From an archaeon GW2011_AR15 (GTDB lineage: Archaea > Nanobdellota > Nanobdellia > Woesearchaeales > GW2011-AR15), in the NCBI GenBank assembly GCA_000830295.1, contig CP010425.1, positions 736,001-800,000 of the forward strand: a DNA stretch of 64,000 bases, read 5' to 3'. Positions within the stretch are counted from its first letter, which is position 1, and the number at the start of each line of letters is the position of its first letter. Made by a program: the position numbers and the translations under genes. The notes under the pieces are model-generated. The model was not told the DNA's origin. It did not search any database and worked only from the letters and a program-made list of their open reading frames with translations. Positions 36,165 through 46,647 of this stretch are shown here, one piece after another.

Positions 36165-37955
36165 TTACAATTCCTCTTCTTCATTATCAGAGTAATCTCT
36201 CTCCTGATCATCTTCACTGCTTCCTTCCTCTTCTTCATCAAAATTATCAGCTTCGTTGCTCTCCCTTTTCCTTTTCGGCCCGTAATCTTTTTTCAGCTCA
36301 TCAAGCTCTTCTTTCTTTATTGACCTTGTCTTTTCAAGCACAACTCTCAGATGATCCTCCAGCCTTGCCTTCTCCCCTTCATCCAGGGTTAATATTTCCT
36401 GCAGTGCCCCGCTGACATGAGGGAGGTATTTTGAGATATAATCTACTTTTGTAAGTTCCTGATGCAGTCTTCTCTTCTTTCCAAGGTATTTCCCAAGCTC
36501 ACGCCCAAGCTCCTGCAGCGCCAGTTTTATCTCCTTTATTATTTCAGGATAATGGGCAATGGCTTCCTTTGCTTCACTTGTAAAAGGGACCCAGACAGAA
36601 GCCATGTGGACAACTATAAGGCATCCTCCTATCGGGATGCTTCCCTGGGACTGCTTTAAGCCATAAGGCCTCCAGTTTGTTGAGGTTATTGATTTTGTCA
36701 CAGCACATGCGCCCTGCTGGTATAATAGGGGGACTCTGTTTGCGAATCTCATTATCTCTATTGGCTTGTCTTCGGGCATGTTGCCGCCATATGCTATTGC
36801 AGCCTCGATAATGAAAGGGTTTCCCCTGTAAACAGAAGGGGATCTTGATATTGAATGATAGAATTCAGCATTGAGCTCTTTTTTCAGCCCTTTTTCTATA
36901 AGCTCCTTTCCGAGAGGAGAAATAGAGTCTGTTGGGGGAGCCATTATCTTTGTTTTCTTTATCCCTTCGAGGAGCTTCTCAGCCATTTCCCTGCTTATGT
37001 TTCTCGGGGAAGTTGAAGGAAGAAGAAAAGACTGCTCGCATATCTCTTTTGCAGTTCCAGCTCCGACTCTGCTGAATTCATTTGTGAGAAAGGCATTCAA
37101 AGTCCTGTATTCAGTGTTCTCCAGCATCTTCATAAGTATGCCGAGCTCCACTCCATATGGATGCGGTTTTATCTCCTTAGGCTCTTTTGGCAGTTCTTCT
37201 GTTGCCCTTACGAACATAATCTGGGAATCCTGGGGCGGCTGGTAAATTATTGTGACATGCGGGTTTATTATTGCAGTCTCCCTCAGATACTCGTCAACAG
37301 ACTGCGCACCTTTCATATAGTCGCCTTCAAGGTCAATCTCGACCCTTGTTCCATGATCCCTATGCCATTCAACTTCTTTTTCTGAAACTATAAGGGGCTT
37401 GTTTTTTGATGTGTCAAGCTTCAGTTCTATCTCATGTGCGGGGTATTCAGGCCCTATTTTAGAAATTATTTTGGCAGGCCGTCCTGTTGTAAGCTGGCCA
37501 TACATGACAGATGCGGAGATACCTATACCCTGCTGGCCTCTGGACTGCTTTAGCCTGTGAAACTTGCTTCCATACAGCAGCTTTGCGAAGATATTTGGGA
37601 TCTGCTTTCTCACAATTCCAGGGCCATTGTCCTCCACGGCAATCCTGTACCTGTTCTCGCCCATATTAGTTATTTCCACTACTAATTCGGGAAGTACTTT
37701 TGCCTCCTCGCAGGCATCAAGAGAATTGTCGACCGCCTCTTTTACAGTTGTAAGAAGAGCCTTTTTCCTGTTGTCAAATCCGAGAAGGTGCCTGTTCTTT
37801 TCAAAGAATTCTGCTACAGAAATCTCCCGTTGTTTTTTTGCAAGCTCAACTGCAACAGGAGCGGCTTTCTCTTTTTGTGCGTTTGCAGCAGCCCGGGATT
37901 CTGCTTTGTCGACTCCATTTAGGTCAGAAGAGCCAAAATCAAGCGTCTTTTGCAT
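36165..37955 (-). CDS. top6B: DNA topoisomerase VI subunit B
   Basis: [31 protein letters not shown]. Confidence 0.97.
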   Translation of the reverse strand: MQKTLDFGSSDLNGVDKAESRAAANAQKEKAAPVAVELAKKQREISVAEFFEKNRHLLGFDNRKKALLTTVKEAVDNSLDACEEAKVLPELVVEITNMGENRYRIAVEDNGPGIVRKQIPNIFAKLLYGSKFHRLKQSRGQQGIGISASVMYGQLTTGRPAKIISKIGPEYPAHEIELKLDTSKNKPLIVSEKEVEWHRDHGTRVEIDLEGDYMKGAQSVDEYLRETAIINPHVTIIYQPPQDSQIMFVRATEELPKEPKEIKPHPYGVELGILMKMLENTEYRTLNAFLTNEFSRVGAGTAKEICEQSFLLPSTSPRNISREMAEKLLEGIKKTKIMAPPTDSISPLGKELIEKGLKKELNAEFYHSISRSPSVYRGNPFIIEAAIAYGGNMPEDKPIEIMRFANRVPLLYQQGACAVTKSITSTNWRPYGLKQSQGSIPIGGCLIVVHMASVWVPFTSEAKEAIAHYPEIIKEIKLALQELGRELGKYLGKKRRLHQELTKVDYISKYLPHVSGALQEILTLDEGEKARLEDHLRVVLEKTRSIKKEELDELKKDYGPKRKRESNEADNFDEEEEGSSEDDQERDYSDNEEEEL

Positions 37956-38035
37956 GGATTAATCAAAACGAGCAGTGTTTTTAAAGATTTTGATAATGAA
38001 TAGAAATATAAATCCGGCAAGACTACCTCCTGCAA

Positions 38036-38443
38036 ATGAAAAAGATAATACTTGACACCAATTTTGTGTTCCTTCCTTTTACACTGAAGATAGACATATT
38101 TTCAGAGATAGACAGGATAATGCATGAGCCGTATAATCTTTTTGTTATGGAAGATACAATTGATGAACTTGACAGGATAATGCAGGAACAGAAAGGAAGA
38201 GACAGGGAAACAGCCAAAATGGCCCTCCAGCTCCTCGAGAAAAAGGGAGTGGGAAAACAAAAAAGCTTATATATGACTGGCAATTCCAAAAAACCTATTG
38301 TAGACGATATTATCCTTGCTCTTGCAGACAAAAACCATATAGTTGCGACACAGGACAGGGAGCTCAGGAAGAAACTTACGGAAAAGGGCATAAGGACAAT
38401 ATATGCAAGAAAAAAATCACTGGAGATAAAAGATGTTCTATAA
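38036..38443 (+). CDS. PIN-domain (Fcf1/Utp24-like) protein
   Basis: ILDTNF, DEL, VDD, VATQD. Confidence 0.88.
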   Translation: MKKIILDTNFVFLPFTLKIDIFSEIDRIMHEPYNLFVMEDTIDELDRIMQEQKGRDRETAKMALQLLEKKGVGKQKSLYMTGNSKKPIVDDIILALADKNHIVATQDRELRKKLTEKGIRTIYARKKSLEIKDVL

Positions 38444-38984
38444 GACAATAGTTAAGGACCATATAAGGGTGCCTCCAAGCCTTTTCGGGGAACCATTGGA
38501 AAAAGCACTGCTTAAGCAGATCAAAGAGAATTATGACGGCTTCATATCGAAAGACATGGGCATTGTAATTGATGTTGCTTCAATAGAGGATGTCAAAGAA
38601 GGAAAGATAGTCCCTGGAGACGGGGCTGCTTTCTACGAGACAACATTCAGCCTGCTTGCATTCAAGCCTGAGCTTCAGGAAGTGTTTCCCGGCCAGATAA
38701 AGGACATGGCTGATTTCGGGGCATTCATTAACCTTGGACCTATAGAAGGCATGATCCACATTTCACAGACCATGGATGATTTTGTGTCATTCAGCAAAGA
38801 CAAGGCCCTTCTTGGAAAAGAAAGCAAGAAGAACCTTAAAGTAGGGGATAAGTGCAGGGCAAGGATTATCGCAATAAGCTACAAAGACATAACAAACCCC
38901 AAGTTCGGGCTTACAATGAGGCAGAAAGGCCTGGGAAGGCTTGACTGGATACCTGAAGACCTGAACCCAAAACCAAAGAAGTAA
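38433..38984 (+). CDS. rpoE1: RNA polymerase subunit Rpo7 (E')
   Basis: VPPSLFG, PGDGA, S1 domain FGAF..HISQ, GLTMRQ. Confidence 0.95.
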   Translation: MFYKTIVKDHIRVPPSLFGEPLEKALLKQIKENYDGFISKDMGIVIDVASIEDVKEGKIVPGDGAAFYETTFSLLAFKPELQEVFPGQIKDMADFGAFINLGPIEGMIHISQTMDDFVSFSKDKALLGKESKKNLKVGDKCRARIIAISYKDITNPKFGLTMRQKGLGRLDWIPEDLNPKPKK

Positions 38985-38985
38985 G

Positions 38986-39174
38986 ATGGCAAAAGAAAAA
39001 GTATGCAAGAACTGCAAGGTATTTGTAGAAGGCGTTACATGCCCGCAGTGCAAGGGCAACCAGTTTACGACAATATACCAGGGAAAGCTGAATATTCTTG
39101 ATTCAAACAAATCCTTTATAGCAAAGCAGATAGGGATAGCACAAAAAGGAAGATACGCTATTAAAGTAAGGTGA
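38986..39174 (+). CDS. spt4: Transcription elongation factor Spt4
   Basis: CKNC..CPQC, GRYAIKVR. Confidence 0.93.
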   Translation: MAKEKVCKNCKVFVEGVTCPQCKGNQFTTIYQGKLNILDSNKSFIAKQIGIAQKGRYAIKVR

Positions 39175-39178
39175 TTAC

Positions 39179-39535
39179 ATGCAGGTCCTAAAAGAAAACG
39201 AAATGAAGCTCCTTTCAAGGAAGAGAGTTACACTAGTGATGGAGAATAAGGGAGCAACCCCTTCAAGAGCAGAGCTCATTAAGGAGATTGCAAAGAAATT
39301 CAAGACAAAAGAGGACCTTGTCATAATAAAGCATATCTATCAGCAGTTCGGCAGCAACAGGACCAAGCTTATAGTACACCTTTATGAAGACAAAGAGAAA
39401 ATGAAGATATTTGAGCATAAGGACCTTCTTAAGAAGCACTCTAAGAAAGAGGAGAAGCAGGAAGGTGCTGAAGCGCCAGCTGAACAGGCAGAGTCTGCCG
39501 CAGCCAAAAAAGAGAGCGAAGAGAGTGAAGGCTGA
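39179..39535 (+). CDS. rps24e: 30S ribosomal protein S24e
   Basis: LLSRK, ATPSR, QFG; conserved gene order. Confidence 0.9.
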   Translation: MQVLKENEMKLLSRKRVTLVMENKGATPSRAELIKEIAKKFKTKEDLVIIKHIYQQFGSNRTKLIVHLYEDKEKMKIFEHKDLLKKHSKKEEKQEGAEAPAEQAESAAAKKESEESEG

Positions 39536-39699
39536 TGGCAGACAGGAAAAACAGGAGAGTATCAAAGATGAGCGGGATTTTTGAAGGCGGGAAACCAGCA
39601 AGGAAGCACTGCCCTAAATGCGGTCCTGGCGTTTTTATGGGTAAGCACGGCAACAGGCAGTCATGCGGAAAATGCGGATATACAGAATTTAACAAATAA
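39535..39699 (+). CDS. rps27ae: 30S ribosomal protein S27ae (not in ORF track)
   Basis: [30 protein letters not shown]; TGATG coupling. Confidence 0.93.
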   Translation: MADRKNRRVSKMSGIFEGGKPARKHCPKCGPGVFMGKHGNRQSCGKCGYTEFNK

Positions 39700-39710
39700 T
39701 TCTATTGATT

Positions 39711-40634
39711 CTATCTAGATTTTTTATTACTGCTTTCTTCAGAACTCTCTTTTTCAGCAGTCTTCTGGAACACCAGCAGATCCTCAGTTGTAAGCTTCTT
39801 TCCTGTCTTTATTTTCTCATCAACTTCCCTGCTTTTTTCCTTGAGGCTTTTCTTTTCTTCCCTTCTCTTCTCTTCTCTTGTCTTTATCTTATGCTCTTTC
39901 AGCTGGTCATTTATTTTGTTGAGTTTCACAAGAAGCTCTTTCAGCTGCTCATTTACCTTGTTGAACTCGTCCTTTTCAGTGCTGAATTTTGAAAAGAATT
40001 CTTTTTCCTTCTCTTTTAGGGTATCTATCTCTTTTGATAGTTCAAGTATCTTTTCATGCCTTGTCTGGCTCTCTTTTGCATTTTCCTGGACCTGCCTGTG
40101 TGCAGCATTTGCTTTTTTCCTTGCCTCTCTAAGCTCTTTTCTTGCATCGTTCAGCTTCCTGCTTGCTTCTATGGCTCCTTTAGCGCCTTCAAGAGTTTTT
40201 CTGAGCTCATTTATCTTCAGCATGACCTTTTTCTCCTTTTCAAAAGACATGCCCTCTGTTTCTATTTTAAACTCAAGGGAGTCTATCTCCCTCCTTACCT
40301 TATCAGGGTCTATCCTTGTGTCGCTTTTATCTTTTATATTATCACGGGCCTCAAACTGCTCTTTCAGTACAGCAGAGAATTTCTTGATTTTCTCATTATT
40401 CTCTTCTCTTTCTTTTTTCAGCTCTTTTACCTTCCTGGTGAATGCATCCCTTTCTTTTTTGAGCTCTTTTATCTGCGATATAAGGCCGATAATCTGCTCA
40501 GAATACTTGTCTTTCTCCTTGAACACGCCCTCTTTCTTATCGTTAAGAGTGTTAAGTTTAGACCTTAGTTCAGAAATCTGGCTCTTTATCTGAGAGTGCT
40601 CATTCATTAGTTCCTTTGCATCTGTTGATGGCAT
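39711..40634 (-). CDS. Archaeal coiled-coil protein (ORF track strand is wrong; gene is on minus strand)
   Basis: cat at 40632-40634 reads ATG CCA TCA ACA GAT = MPSTD on minus; LEFKIET, GKKLTTEDL. Confidence 0.85.
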   Translation of the reverse strand: MPSTDAKELMNEHSQIKSQISELRSKLNTLNDKKEGVFKEKDKYSEQIIGLISQIKELKKERDAFTRKVKELKKEREENNEKIKKFSAVLKEQFEARDNIKDKSDTRIDPDKVRREIDSLEFKIETEGMSFEKEKKVMLKINELRKTLEGAKGAIEASRKLNDARKELREARKKANAAHRQVQENAKESQTRHEKILELSKEIDTLKEKEKEFFSKFSTEKDEFNKVNEQLKELLVKLNKINDQLKEHKIKTREEKRREEKKSLKEKSREVDEKIKTGKKLTTEDLLVFQKTAEKESSEESSNKKSR

Positions 40635-40680
40635 ATTTGTTCCACTTCATTGTAAAAATCAATAAAAAAATATAATTGAT

Positions 40681-40986
40681 TTAGCCGAAAAGTGCGCCTA
40701 GCCCGGCTGCAGCTTCATCTTCGCTTTTCTTTTCTTCCTGCTTCTTCTCTTCAGCTTTTGGCTTATCTGAGCCTGCTGCTGCGTGAGCTGCCGGAGCTGC
40801 TTGAGCTACTGGGGTGGCCTGTTTAACAGCCTCATCAATGTTTACATTTGCCAGGGCTGCAACCAGTGCCTTGATTCTTGAAGCGTCTGCTTCAACACCT
40901 GCTGCTTCCAGCACTTTCTTAAGGCTGGCTTCATCTACTTTCTTCCCTGCTTTGTGTAAAAGCATTGCTGCGTAAACGTATTCCAT
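40681..40986 (-). CDS. rpl12p: 50S ribosomal stalk protein P1 (L12p)
   Basis: [21 protein letters not shown]; GGAGGT RBS. Confidence 0.96.
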   Translation of the reverse strand: MEYVYAAMLLHKAGKKVDEASLKKVLEAAGVEADASRIKALVAALANVNIDEAVKQATPVAQAAPAAHAAAGSDKPKAEEKKQEEKKSEDEAAAGLGALFG

Positions 40987-41030
40987 TTTTGTTACCTCCG
41001 ATTGTTTATTTGGCACAAGAGTACCATAAT

Positions 41031-41933
41031 CTATGAATCTGATTTGTTTTCAGGATTTCCTTCTTTGCTTTCTGCCTTTTCCAGAGCTTCTTTCGGAAGG
41101 CTTCCTGATAGAGACAGGTTTTCAGCATGGGCCTTTCTTAATATGTCTGCAGTTGTCTCATCTGTAAGTATATTAGCGGACAATGCAAGTGCCCTTGCTT
41201 CCCTGCCTGCCTTGCCAAGCAATAGTTTGACGGATTCCTCTGTCGGATATCCTGTAAATACTGCAAGGTTTAGTGATTCCATATATGCTTTCTGGATCTT
41301 ATTCTTGTATTCTGATTCATCGATATGCAGAACTTCTGCGGTGAATATCTCACTTTCTTCATATACTGCCCTTAAATCAAGTCCTATTTCCATAGGCTCT
41401 ATCCCAAGCCTGGTAAGTATTGATGCAAGGTCTCCATCTATCCTGCTTCCGCTCTTTGCAACAACAGCATCCTGTTTTATTACAAGCTTTCCTGCCTCTA
41501 CTCCGGTCTTGATACCGTATTTTGCAAGCTGGCTTATAATCGGGCCAGGCGCAAAGGAGGTAGGTCCTGCCTTTACAGTTATGTCCTTAGGAGCTTCCTG
41601 CCCTGCCTTTGCAGGAGCATTTGACTTTGTTTTCTCAAGCTCGGCATATAGTGTGAAAGGATTGTCTTTTGTGAAAATCAGTGCAGGAAGGCCCCTGAAG
41701 TGCTTTTGAAGCTCTGCTATGTCTTTTCTTTTGGCCTGGGCAAAGGCAAGTTTCATCAGCCTTTTCTTAGTCATCTTCAGGACAGTGTTCTTATCTCTCA
41801 GCTTTGCTCTCATCTGCTGGACTGTCTTTGTAGGCAGATTGCTCATATTCACAACCCCTATGACAGGGTATGAATCCAGGAGTTCAACGAATTCCTTTAC
41901 AGTGTCCTTCTTTGCCTCTGAGACGCTTGCCAT
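41031..41933 (-). CDS. rplP0: 50S ribosomal protein P0 (uL10)
   Basis: [34 protein letters not shown]. Confidence 0.95.
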   Translation of the reverse strand: MASVSEAKKDTVKEFVELLDSYPVIGVVNMSNLPTKTVQQMRAKLRDKNTVLKMTKKRLMKLAFAQAKRKDIAELQKHFRGLPALIFTKDNPFTLYAELEKTKSNAPAKAGQEAPKDITVKAGPTSFAPGPIISQLAKYGIKTGVEAGKLVIKQDAVVAKSGSRIDGDLASILTRLGIEPMEIGLDLRAVYEESEIFTAEVLHIDESEYKNKIQKAYMESLNLAVFTGYPTEESVKLLLGKAGREARALALSANILTDETTADILRKAHAENLSLSGSLPKEALEKAESKEGNPENKSDS

Positions 41934-41934
41934 T

Positions 41935-42585
41935 TTAGATTATCCTCACTGGCTTGCCCATTGTGTATTTTATGAAGCCGGACTTTATATTGTATTCAGC
42001 ATTTGGAAGATTATGCGAAAGGTTGTTGTATATCACTTTTATGTTCTCTATAAGGTCCTCGTCGCTTGATTCCTGGTTTCCGATTATGGTCTGTATTAAA
42101 GCTGCTTTCTTACCGGATATTTTCACAGTTTTCTGAAGTTTGTCATACAGGGTCTTCAGGTTTGCGTTCGGAGGCACAATGCAGCCTGCCTTTGGGTTTG
42201 GCATCTTTCCCTTTGGACCAAGCACCCTACCGAATGATGTAGCAACCTTTGGCATTATATTTGCCTGTGCAACAAAGAAATCATGCTCTCCTGCCAGCTT
42301 TTTTGCCAGTTTCTTGTTTTCTTCATAATTGGCAAACTGGTTCTGGAGCACAACAGCGTCCATTACTTTGCCTGCCTGGTCTGCCAGCTCAGGGCCTACA
42401 AGGGCGCATACCTTTGTTTTCCTTCCCTTGCCTTTTGGAAGCTCAAGGAAGAATTCAACCTGGTGCTCAGGCTTTTTCAGGTCAAGTCCCCTTAAATTGA
42501 TTATAAGGTCAACAGTCTGCTTAAAATTCTTCTTCTCAGACTTTCTAAGTTCAGATACAGCGTTCTTTAATGTTTTATCATCCAT
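41935..42585 (-). CDS. rpl1: 50S ribosomal protein L1
   Basis: FKQTVDLIINL, GRVLGPKGKMP, TMG. Confidence 0.96.
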   Translation of the reverse strand: MDDKTLKNAVSELRKSEKKNFKQTVDLIINLRGLDLKKPEHQVEFFLELPKGKGRKTKVCALVGPELADQAGKVMDAVVLQNQFANYEENKKLAKKLAGEHDFFVAQANIMPKVATSFGRVLGPKGKMPNPKAGCIVPPNANLKTLYDKLQKTVKISGKKAALIQTIIGNQESSDEDLIENIKVIYNNLSHNLPNAEYNIKSGFIKYTMGKPVRII

Positions 42586-42706
42586 CTTCTCTACCCTCCT
42601 ACCGAAGTAGTATCAGGGATCTCTATACTCTTGGAAAAACCAGGCATTTATAAAGATTTCTAAAGGAAATTAATGAGAAATAGAAAAAATCCTTTATCCA
42701 ACCCAT

Positions 42707-43384
42707 CTATTTTTTATAACTCATAAATTCTATTCCCGGGTATCTTCTTGCCCACCCTCCTTCCCCGCTGCCTTCGCCAAGATCAAAAGAAAACTCCTCA
42801 GCATATTTCTGCAGATTTATTTCTTTTTCAAACCCGTTTTTCATCGCAAAATAAGTGCATAGCTTAAACTCCGGGCTTTTTGGGTTAAGCATGTCCTCTT
42901 CCAGGTATATTACTTTCATCATCTTTTTTTCTGACTTCAGAGTGAGGCTATTATCACCACTGCCTGTTTCAAACGTGGCAGCTACTTTTGAGGCGCTTTT
43001 CTGCAGATTTACAAATCTGTTCATTCTCTCTATAAGCTTGCTCACTTCACTGACTGTTGTTATGAGATAGATCTCAAGCCTGCACTGGATGCCATCCACA
43101 ATAAATTCCAGTATTATGTCCCTGTATTTTCTGTTCCAGTCATTGATGAAAATCCTGAATTTTTTTATGTCGTTGTCCAGCCTTCTTCCTTTTCCTTTCC
43201 CGTAGATATAATCAAGCCTTCTGAGTATATTGAAAGAAAGAAAAAAGTCATACACAAATGTCTTTATATCTTCATGCGAATATGATTTCAGTATATCGTC
43301 CGTCTCTATTACAAACCAGTTCTCCAGATCTTCCCTTACAATATCTCTTTCTGGATTGAAAAACGGATCTTCGTTTTCACTCAT
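42707..43384 (-). CDS. Hypothetical protein
   Basis: 225-aa ORF, no recognised motif. Confidence 0.6.
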   Translation of the reverse strand: MSENEDPFFNPERDIVREDLENWFVIETDDILKSYSHEDIKTFVYDFFLSFNILRRLDYIYGKGKGRRLDNDIKKFRIFINDWNRKYRDIILEFIVDGIQCRLEIYLITTVSEVSKLIERMNRFVNLQKSASKVAATFETGSGDNSLTLKSEKKMMKVIYLEEDMLNPKSPEFKLCTYFAMKNGFEKEINLQKYAEEFSFDLGEGSGEGGWARRYPGIEFMSYKK

Positions 43385-43449
43385 TTTTTTCGTATTTTTA
43401 CCTTAAAAACTATAAAGCAGCAAAGGCTAGAGAACTATTTAAACTTTTT

Positions 43450-43932
43450 CTATATATCCAGCTCGCAAACAAAAAAGTTTTCGCCTGTATTTTCCCAGTT
43501 TTTTGCAACAGACACCTCAGTGCCCCCATGTTTCTGGATAATCCTTCTTGAACTTGAATTGAAATGGCCAACCACTTTCCTGAATCCTCTCTCTTTTACT
43601 GCTTTTATGAATTCCTCAAGCAATGCAGAGCCATAGCCCTTTCCCTGATAGGGTTTGTCTATTACAATATTGAAGAGATAGATAAAATCGTTTGTCTTGT
43701 TCTTAAGCCCGTGCCAGCCAAGATCATTTTTTGGCGGCCTATATCCTGCAGCCAGGCCTATGTAGACAGAATCAAGGAGAGCTACTTTGAAGATGTATGT
43801 CCTTGATTTCAGTATGTGTATGTACTCTTCTTTTGGAGTCCTTATCTCTTCCTTGAATTCAAGCTCAGAATTCAGGATGCTTTGCTCGTATTTTGCCCAG
43901 TTTTTCAGGGTAATATCAACAAATGTCAGCAT
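43450..43932 (-). CDS. GNAT-family acetyltransferase
   Basis: IVIDKPYQGKGYGSALL. Confidence 0.88.
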   Translation of the reverse strand: MLTFVDITLKNWAKYEQSILNSELEFKEEIRTPKEEYIHILKSRTYIFKVALLDSVYIGLAAGYRPPKNDLGWHGLKNKTNDFIYLFNIVIDKPYQGKGYGSALLEEFIKAVKERGFRKVVGHFNSSSRRIIQKHGGTEVSVAKNWENTGENFFVCELDI

Positions 43933-43939
43933 ATAAGAA

Positions 43940-45241
43940 TTAAACCTCTCTCAGGTATCCCCATGAGTGGAGCTTATCAGAGTCTTCATACCACCTATCG
44001 CCTATATCTGTTCTGTAATACATGTGCGGGATATTGATGTTTTTTATCCTGGTGTATGCCTGGTTCTGGGCCTGCTTCATTGTGCTGCCTGTGCCGCAGA
44101 CAATGAGCACGACTCCTGAAGTTCCGGTGACAAGCCATTCGTCATTAACAAGTTTTACGTCTTCAATATGGACGCCTTCCGTGTGGCCGTTATTTGATTT
44201 CTTGAAATAGATGACTGAATCTTTTGACTTAACTTCAAATGTCTCGTCGTCTGTATACGGGAAAGGCGGGACTACAATCCTCACGCCAATCTGGAATCCG
44301 GACTTAACTTTTATCTTGTCAGCAACTCCGTTTGCCAGATTATAAAAGAAGTCGCTTATTGGCTCCAGCATCCCCTCCTGCTGGATGGAGATTGTAGGAT
44401 AGCCGAATCTCGTTGTCCATTCAAGGGGATATATTCCGTGGCTGTTGACTATACAGTTCAGGTCGATGTATCCGACATATCCCTCTTCAGCAAGCTTTGT
44501 CTCAAATTTTTTTAGTGTTGCATTAAACAACCTGTTTGGGCCTGACCAAAACATTGCTGTTCCCATTTCACCGGTGCTCGGCCCCAGATTCCCAGGAAAT
44601 AGTTTTTTATGCTCAAAATTTACATTGATAGGATAAATAAATTCCTTGCCGTTGAAAAATGCGCCGACAGCAACTTCAACGCCTGACAGCCTTTTCTGGA
44701 GCTGGAACTGGAGTATTTTTTCTGACCATGCCTTGCTGTAATCGCTCAATACCTGTATTACATCCCTTCCGTCATCTTCCTCACCTATGAACAGAAGACC
44801 TTTTATGTTAGCTGCCTGCCCGCTGGGCTTTATTACATATTTCCCGGGGTTTTGCTTTACGAATTCAATTGCATCTTCAAAATTTGTGAAATCCCTGTAC
44901 GGCGCTATTGTGATGCCTGCTTTTTTCAGTTCTTCCTGGCCAAATGCCCTATCATCCTCAAGCCTGTCTGTATAGGGGCTGCCGCCAATGACTTTTTTCC
45001 CTTTTTCCCTGAGTTTCTGGGCTTTTTCACCCTGGCCGAGAACGTCGTCAAAAATAATTACGTCGGCCCACTCAACTTCTTTCTCCCAGTCATCTACTTT
45101 CGGGATGAATCCGTCGCCGACTTCCTTTTCCTCTTCTTCCTCAGTATAGAATTTGACTTCATGGCCCTCTTTAATGCACTGCCATGCTATATCTGTAATT
45201 AATGCGTCTATCGTTACAAAAAGAAATTTTTTCTTCTCCAT
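43940..45241 (-). CDS. PurD-like (GAR synthetase-related) ATP-grasp ligase, divergent
   Basis: LEDDRAFG, VIKPSG, EHKKL..GPSTGEMG, EWTTRFGYP, YYRTDIG. Confidence 0.75.
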   Translation of the reverse strand: MEKKKFLFVTIDALITDIAWQCIKEGHEVKFYTEEEEEKEVGDGFIPKVDDWEKEVEWADVIIFDDVLGQGEKAQKLREKGKKVIGGSPYTDRLEDDRAFGQEELKKAGITIAPYRDFTNFEDAIEFVKQNPGKYVIKPSGQAANIKGLLFIGEEDDGRDVIQVLSDYSKAWSEKILQFQLQKRLSGVEVAVGAFFNGKEFIYPINVNFEHKKLFPGNLGPSTGEMGTAMFWSGPNRLFNATLKKFETKLAEEGYVGYIDLNCIVNSHGIYPLEWTTRFGYPTISIQQEGMLEPISDFFYNLANGVADKIKVKSGFQIGVRIVVPPFPYTDDETFEVKSKDSVIYFKKSNNGHTEGVHIEDVKLVNDEWLVTGTSGVVLIVCGTGSTMKQAQNQAYTRIKNINIPHMYYRTDIGDRWYEDSDKLHSWGYLREV

Positions 45242-45303
45242 ATATTTTCTATTATTTTCAGATAACATAATATATTTAAATAACTTTTCATCTGTGATTT
45301 CAA

Positions 45304-45876
45304 ATGATTAAATGGCTGCTGAAAAAAATTGCGGGAAAAATTCTTGCAAGTGTTGTAATTTTTGCAGTGGTTGCAGGGGCACTATTCTTTCTCGGAAATA
45401 ATCTCAGCCAGGCATCTCTCGACAGGCTTGATCTCCGTGACATAAAAGAGATTTCAACAGACTCATTTACGGTTGAGGGAGACTTTTTTGTGAATAACCC
45501 GAGCAAATTATCAATTCCTGTAAAATCCATAGACTATGAAATAATACTTAAAGAGACAGAAGAAGTCCTTTCTTCAGGCAGCATACCTTCTTTTATCCTT
45601 GAAGTTGGAGAATCACAGATCCCTTTTGAGCAGAAAGTCAGGTGGGTTCCTACAGCAGAGCTTGCCCTCCAGCTGGCTACAGAAGAGCATGTTTATGCTG
45701 TTGTTGAAGGGAAGATAATAATTGATCTGCCAAAACTTGAATCATATGAGCTGCCTTTCAGCGAAGAGGTTGATATTAAGGATTATGTAAAGCAGTTTGT
45801 GACTGATAAGCTGCCAGTCGGCCCAGATATTCCGGGAGCAGGCAACGGGACTATTTTACCTGTTCCTGTTGTTTAG
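45304..45876 (+). CDS. LEA type 2 / WHy-like domain membrane protein
   Basis: TM, VNNPS..IPVKSIDYEI. Confidence 0.65.
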   Translation: MIKWLLKKIAGKILASVVIFAVVAGALFFLGNNLSQASLDRLDLRDIKEISTDSFTVEGDFFVNNPSKLSIPVKSIDYEIILKETEEVLSSGSIPSFILEVGESQIPFEQKVRWVPTAELALQLATEEHVYAVVEGKIIIDLPKLESYELPFSEEVDIKDYVKQFVTDKLPVGPDIPGAGNGTILPVPVV

Positions 45877-46324
45877 GTCCTGATTTTGTTTTGAGATAAA
45901 GAATAACAAGAAATTTTACAAGAATATAACTTAATATTGAAAGCGGTATTGCAACAACAATGCCCCCTGCAAAAAAGTTTCTGATAAACTCGTATGCATA
46001 ATTAAGCAGCATGGCTTCAAACTCGATTATGGGCGAATTCCCAAAAAGGAAATTGCCTACAGCATAATTCATAGCATATATCGGGATTAAAGTCAGCGGA
46101 TTCCATAAAAGCAGTGCCGCAAAAAGCGAATACTTGTTAATCTGCTTGAAGAATATTATGAGGGCTATCGCTATCCAGAAATTGATAAACGGTGCAACAA
46201 CACTCAGAAAAGTGCCTATGGCAAATCCAAGAGCAATTGAATGTGGCTTTATTTCTGCTTTTTTCAGCTCATTTATGTGATTATCAATATGCTTTTTAAC
46301 GTGTTTTCTGACTTTGCCTATCAT
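45851..46324 (-). CDS. DUF2062-family membrane protein
   Basis: PHSIALGFAIG, NPLTLIPIY..Y.VG. Confidence 0.85.
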   Translation of the reverse strand: MIGKVRKHVKKHIDNHINELKKAEIKPHSIALGFAIGTFLSVVAPFINFWIAIALIIFFKQINKYSLFAALLLWNPLTLIPIYAMNYAVGNFLFGNSPIIEFEAMLLNYAYEFIRNFFAGGIVVAIPLSILSYILVKFLVILYLKTKSGPKQQEQVK

Positions 46325-46364
46325 TATTATAAGAACAGGGGAGTTGCTTAAATAGTTTTATGAA

Positions 46365-46502
46365 TCAATCTTCTTCTATTTCAATATCTCCCATTGTGCA
46401 TCTCTGGCAGAGGTAATCAGATTTAGAGTCAGACTCCTCCAGCACAACAACACTGAATTCCCTGTCGCATCCAATGCATTTAACCTTTTTTTCAACGTAG
46501 AT
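46365..46502 (-). CDS. Small zinc-ribbon protein, apparent ATC start (not in ORF track)
   Basis: IYVEKKVKCIGCDREFSVVVLEESDSKSDYLCQRCTMGDIEIEED; GGGTGG upstream. Confidence 0.5.
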   Translation of the reverse strand: MYVEKKVKCIGCDREFSVVVLEESDSKSDYLCQRCTMGDIEIEED

Positions 46503-46520
46503 TTAAACCACCCTTATAGA

Positions 46521-46550
46521 AAAACCAGGGAGGCTCTCCCTGGATAAAAA
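46521..46550. terminator. GC-rich hairpin flanked by A/T runs
   Basis: CCAGGGAG-GCT-CTCCCTGG (46525-46543). Confidence 0.55.
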
Positions 46551-46551
46551 T

Positions 46552-46647
46552 CTACCATTCATCATCGTCGTTATCATTATCATCATCGTCGTCATCATCA
46601 TAATCGTCATCATCGTCATAATCATCGTCTTCATACCCCATATGCAT
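46552..46647 (-). CDS. Poly-Asp micro-protein, 31 aa (not in ORF track)
   Basis: MHMGYEDDDYDDDDDYDDDDDDDNDNDDDEW; GGAGGT RBS; GAAAGATTTTTAAA BRE/TATA upstream. Confidence 0.7.
   Translation of the reverse strand: MHMGYEDDDYDDDDDYDDDDDDDNDNDDDEW

Noticed and set aside
39711-40634. ORF track lists the 307-aa coiled-coil ORF on the + strand
   Set aside because: The peptide MPSTD.. is encoded by the reverse complement starting at 40634, so it is a minus-strand gene. The + strand Ser/Phe-rich ORFs there are shadows.
41002-41709. Long antisense ORFs (also 50070-50747, 10860-11423)
   Set aside because: Shadows of well-supported genes on the opposite strand.
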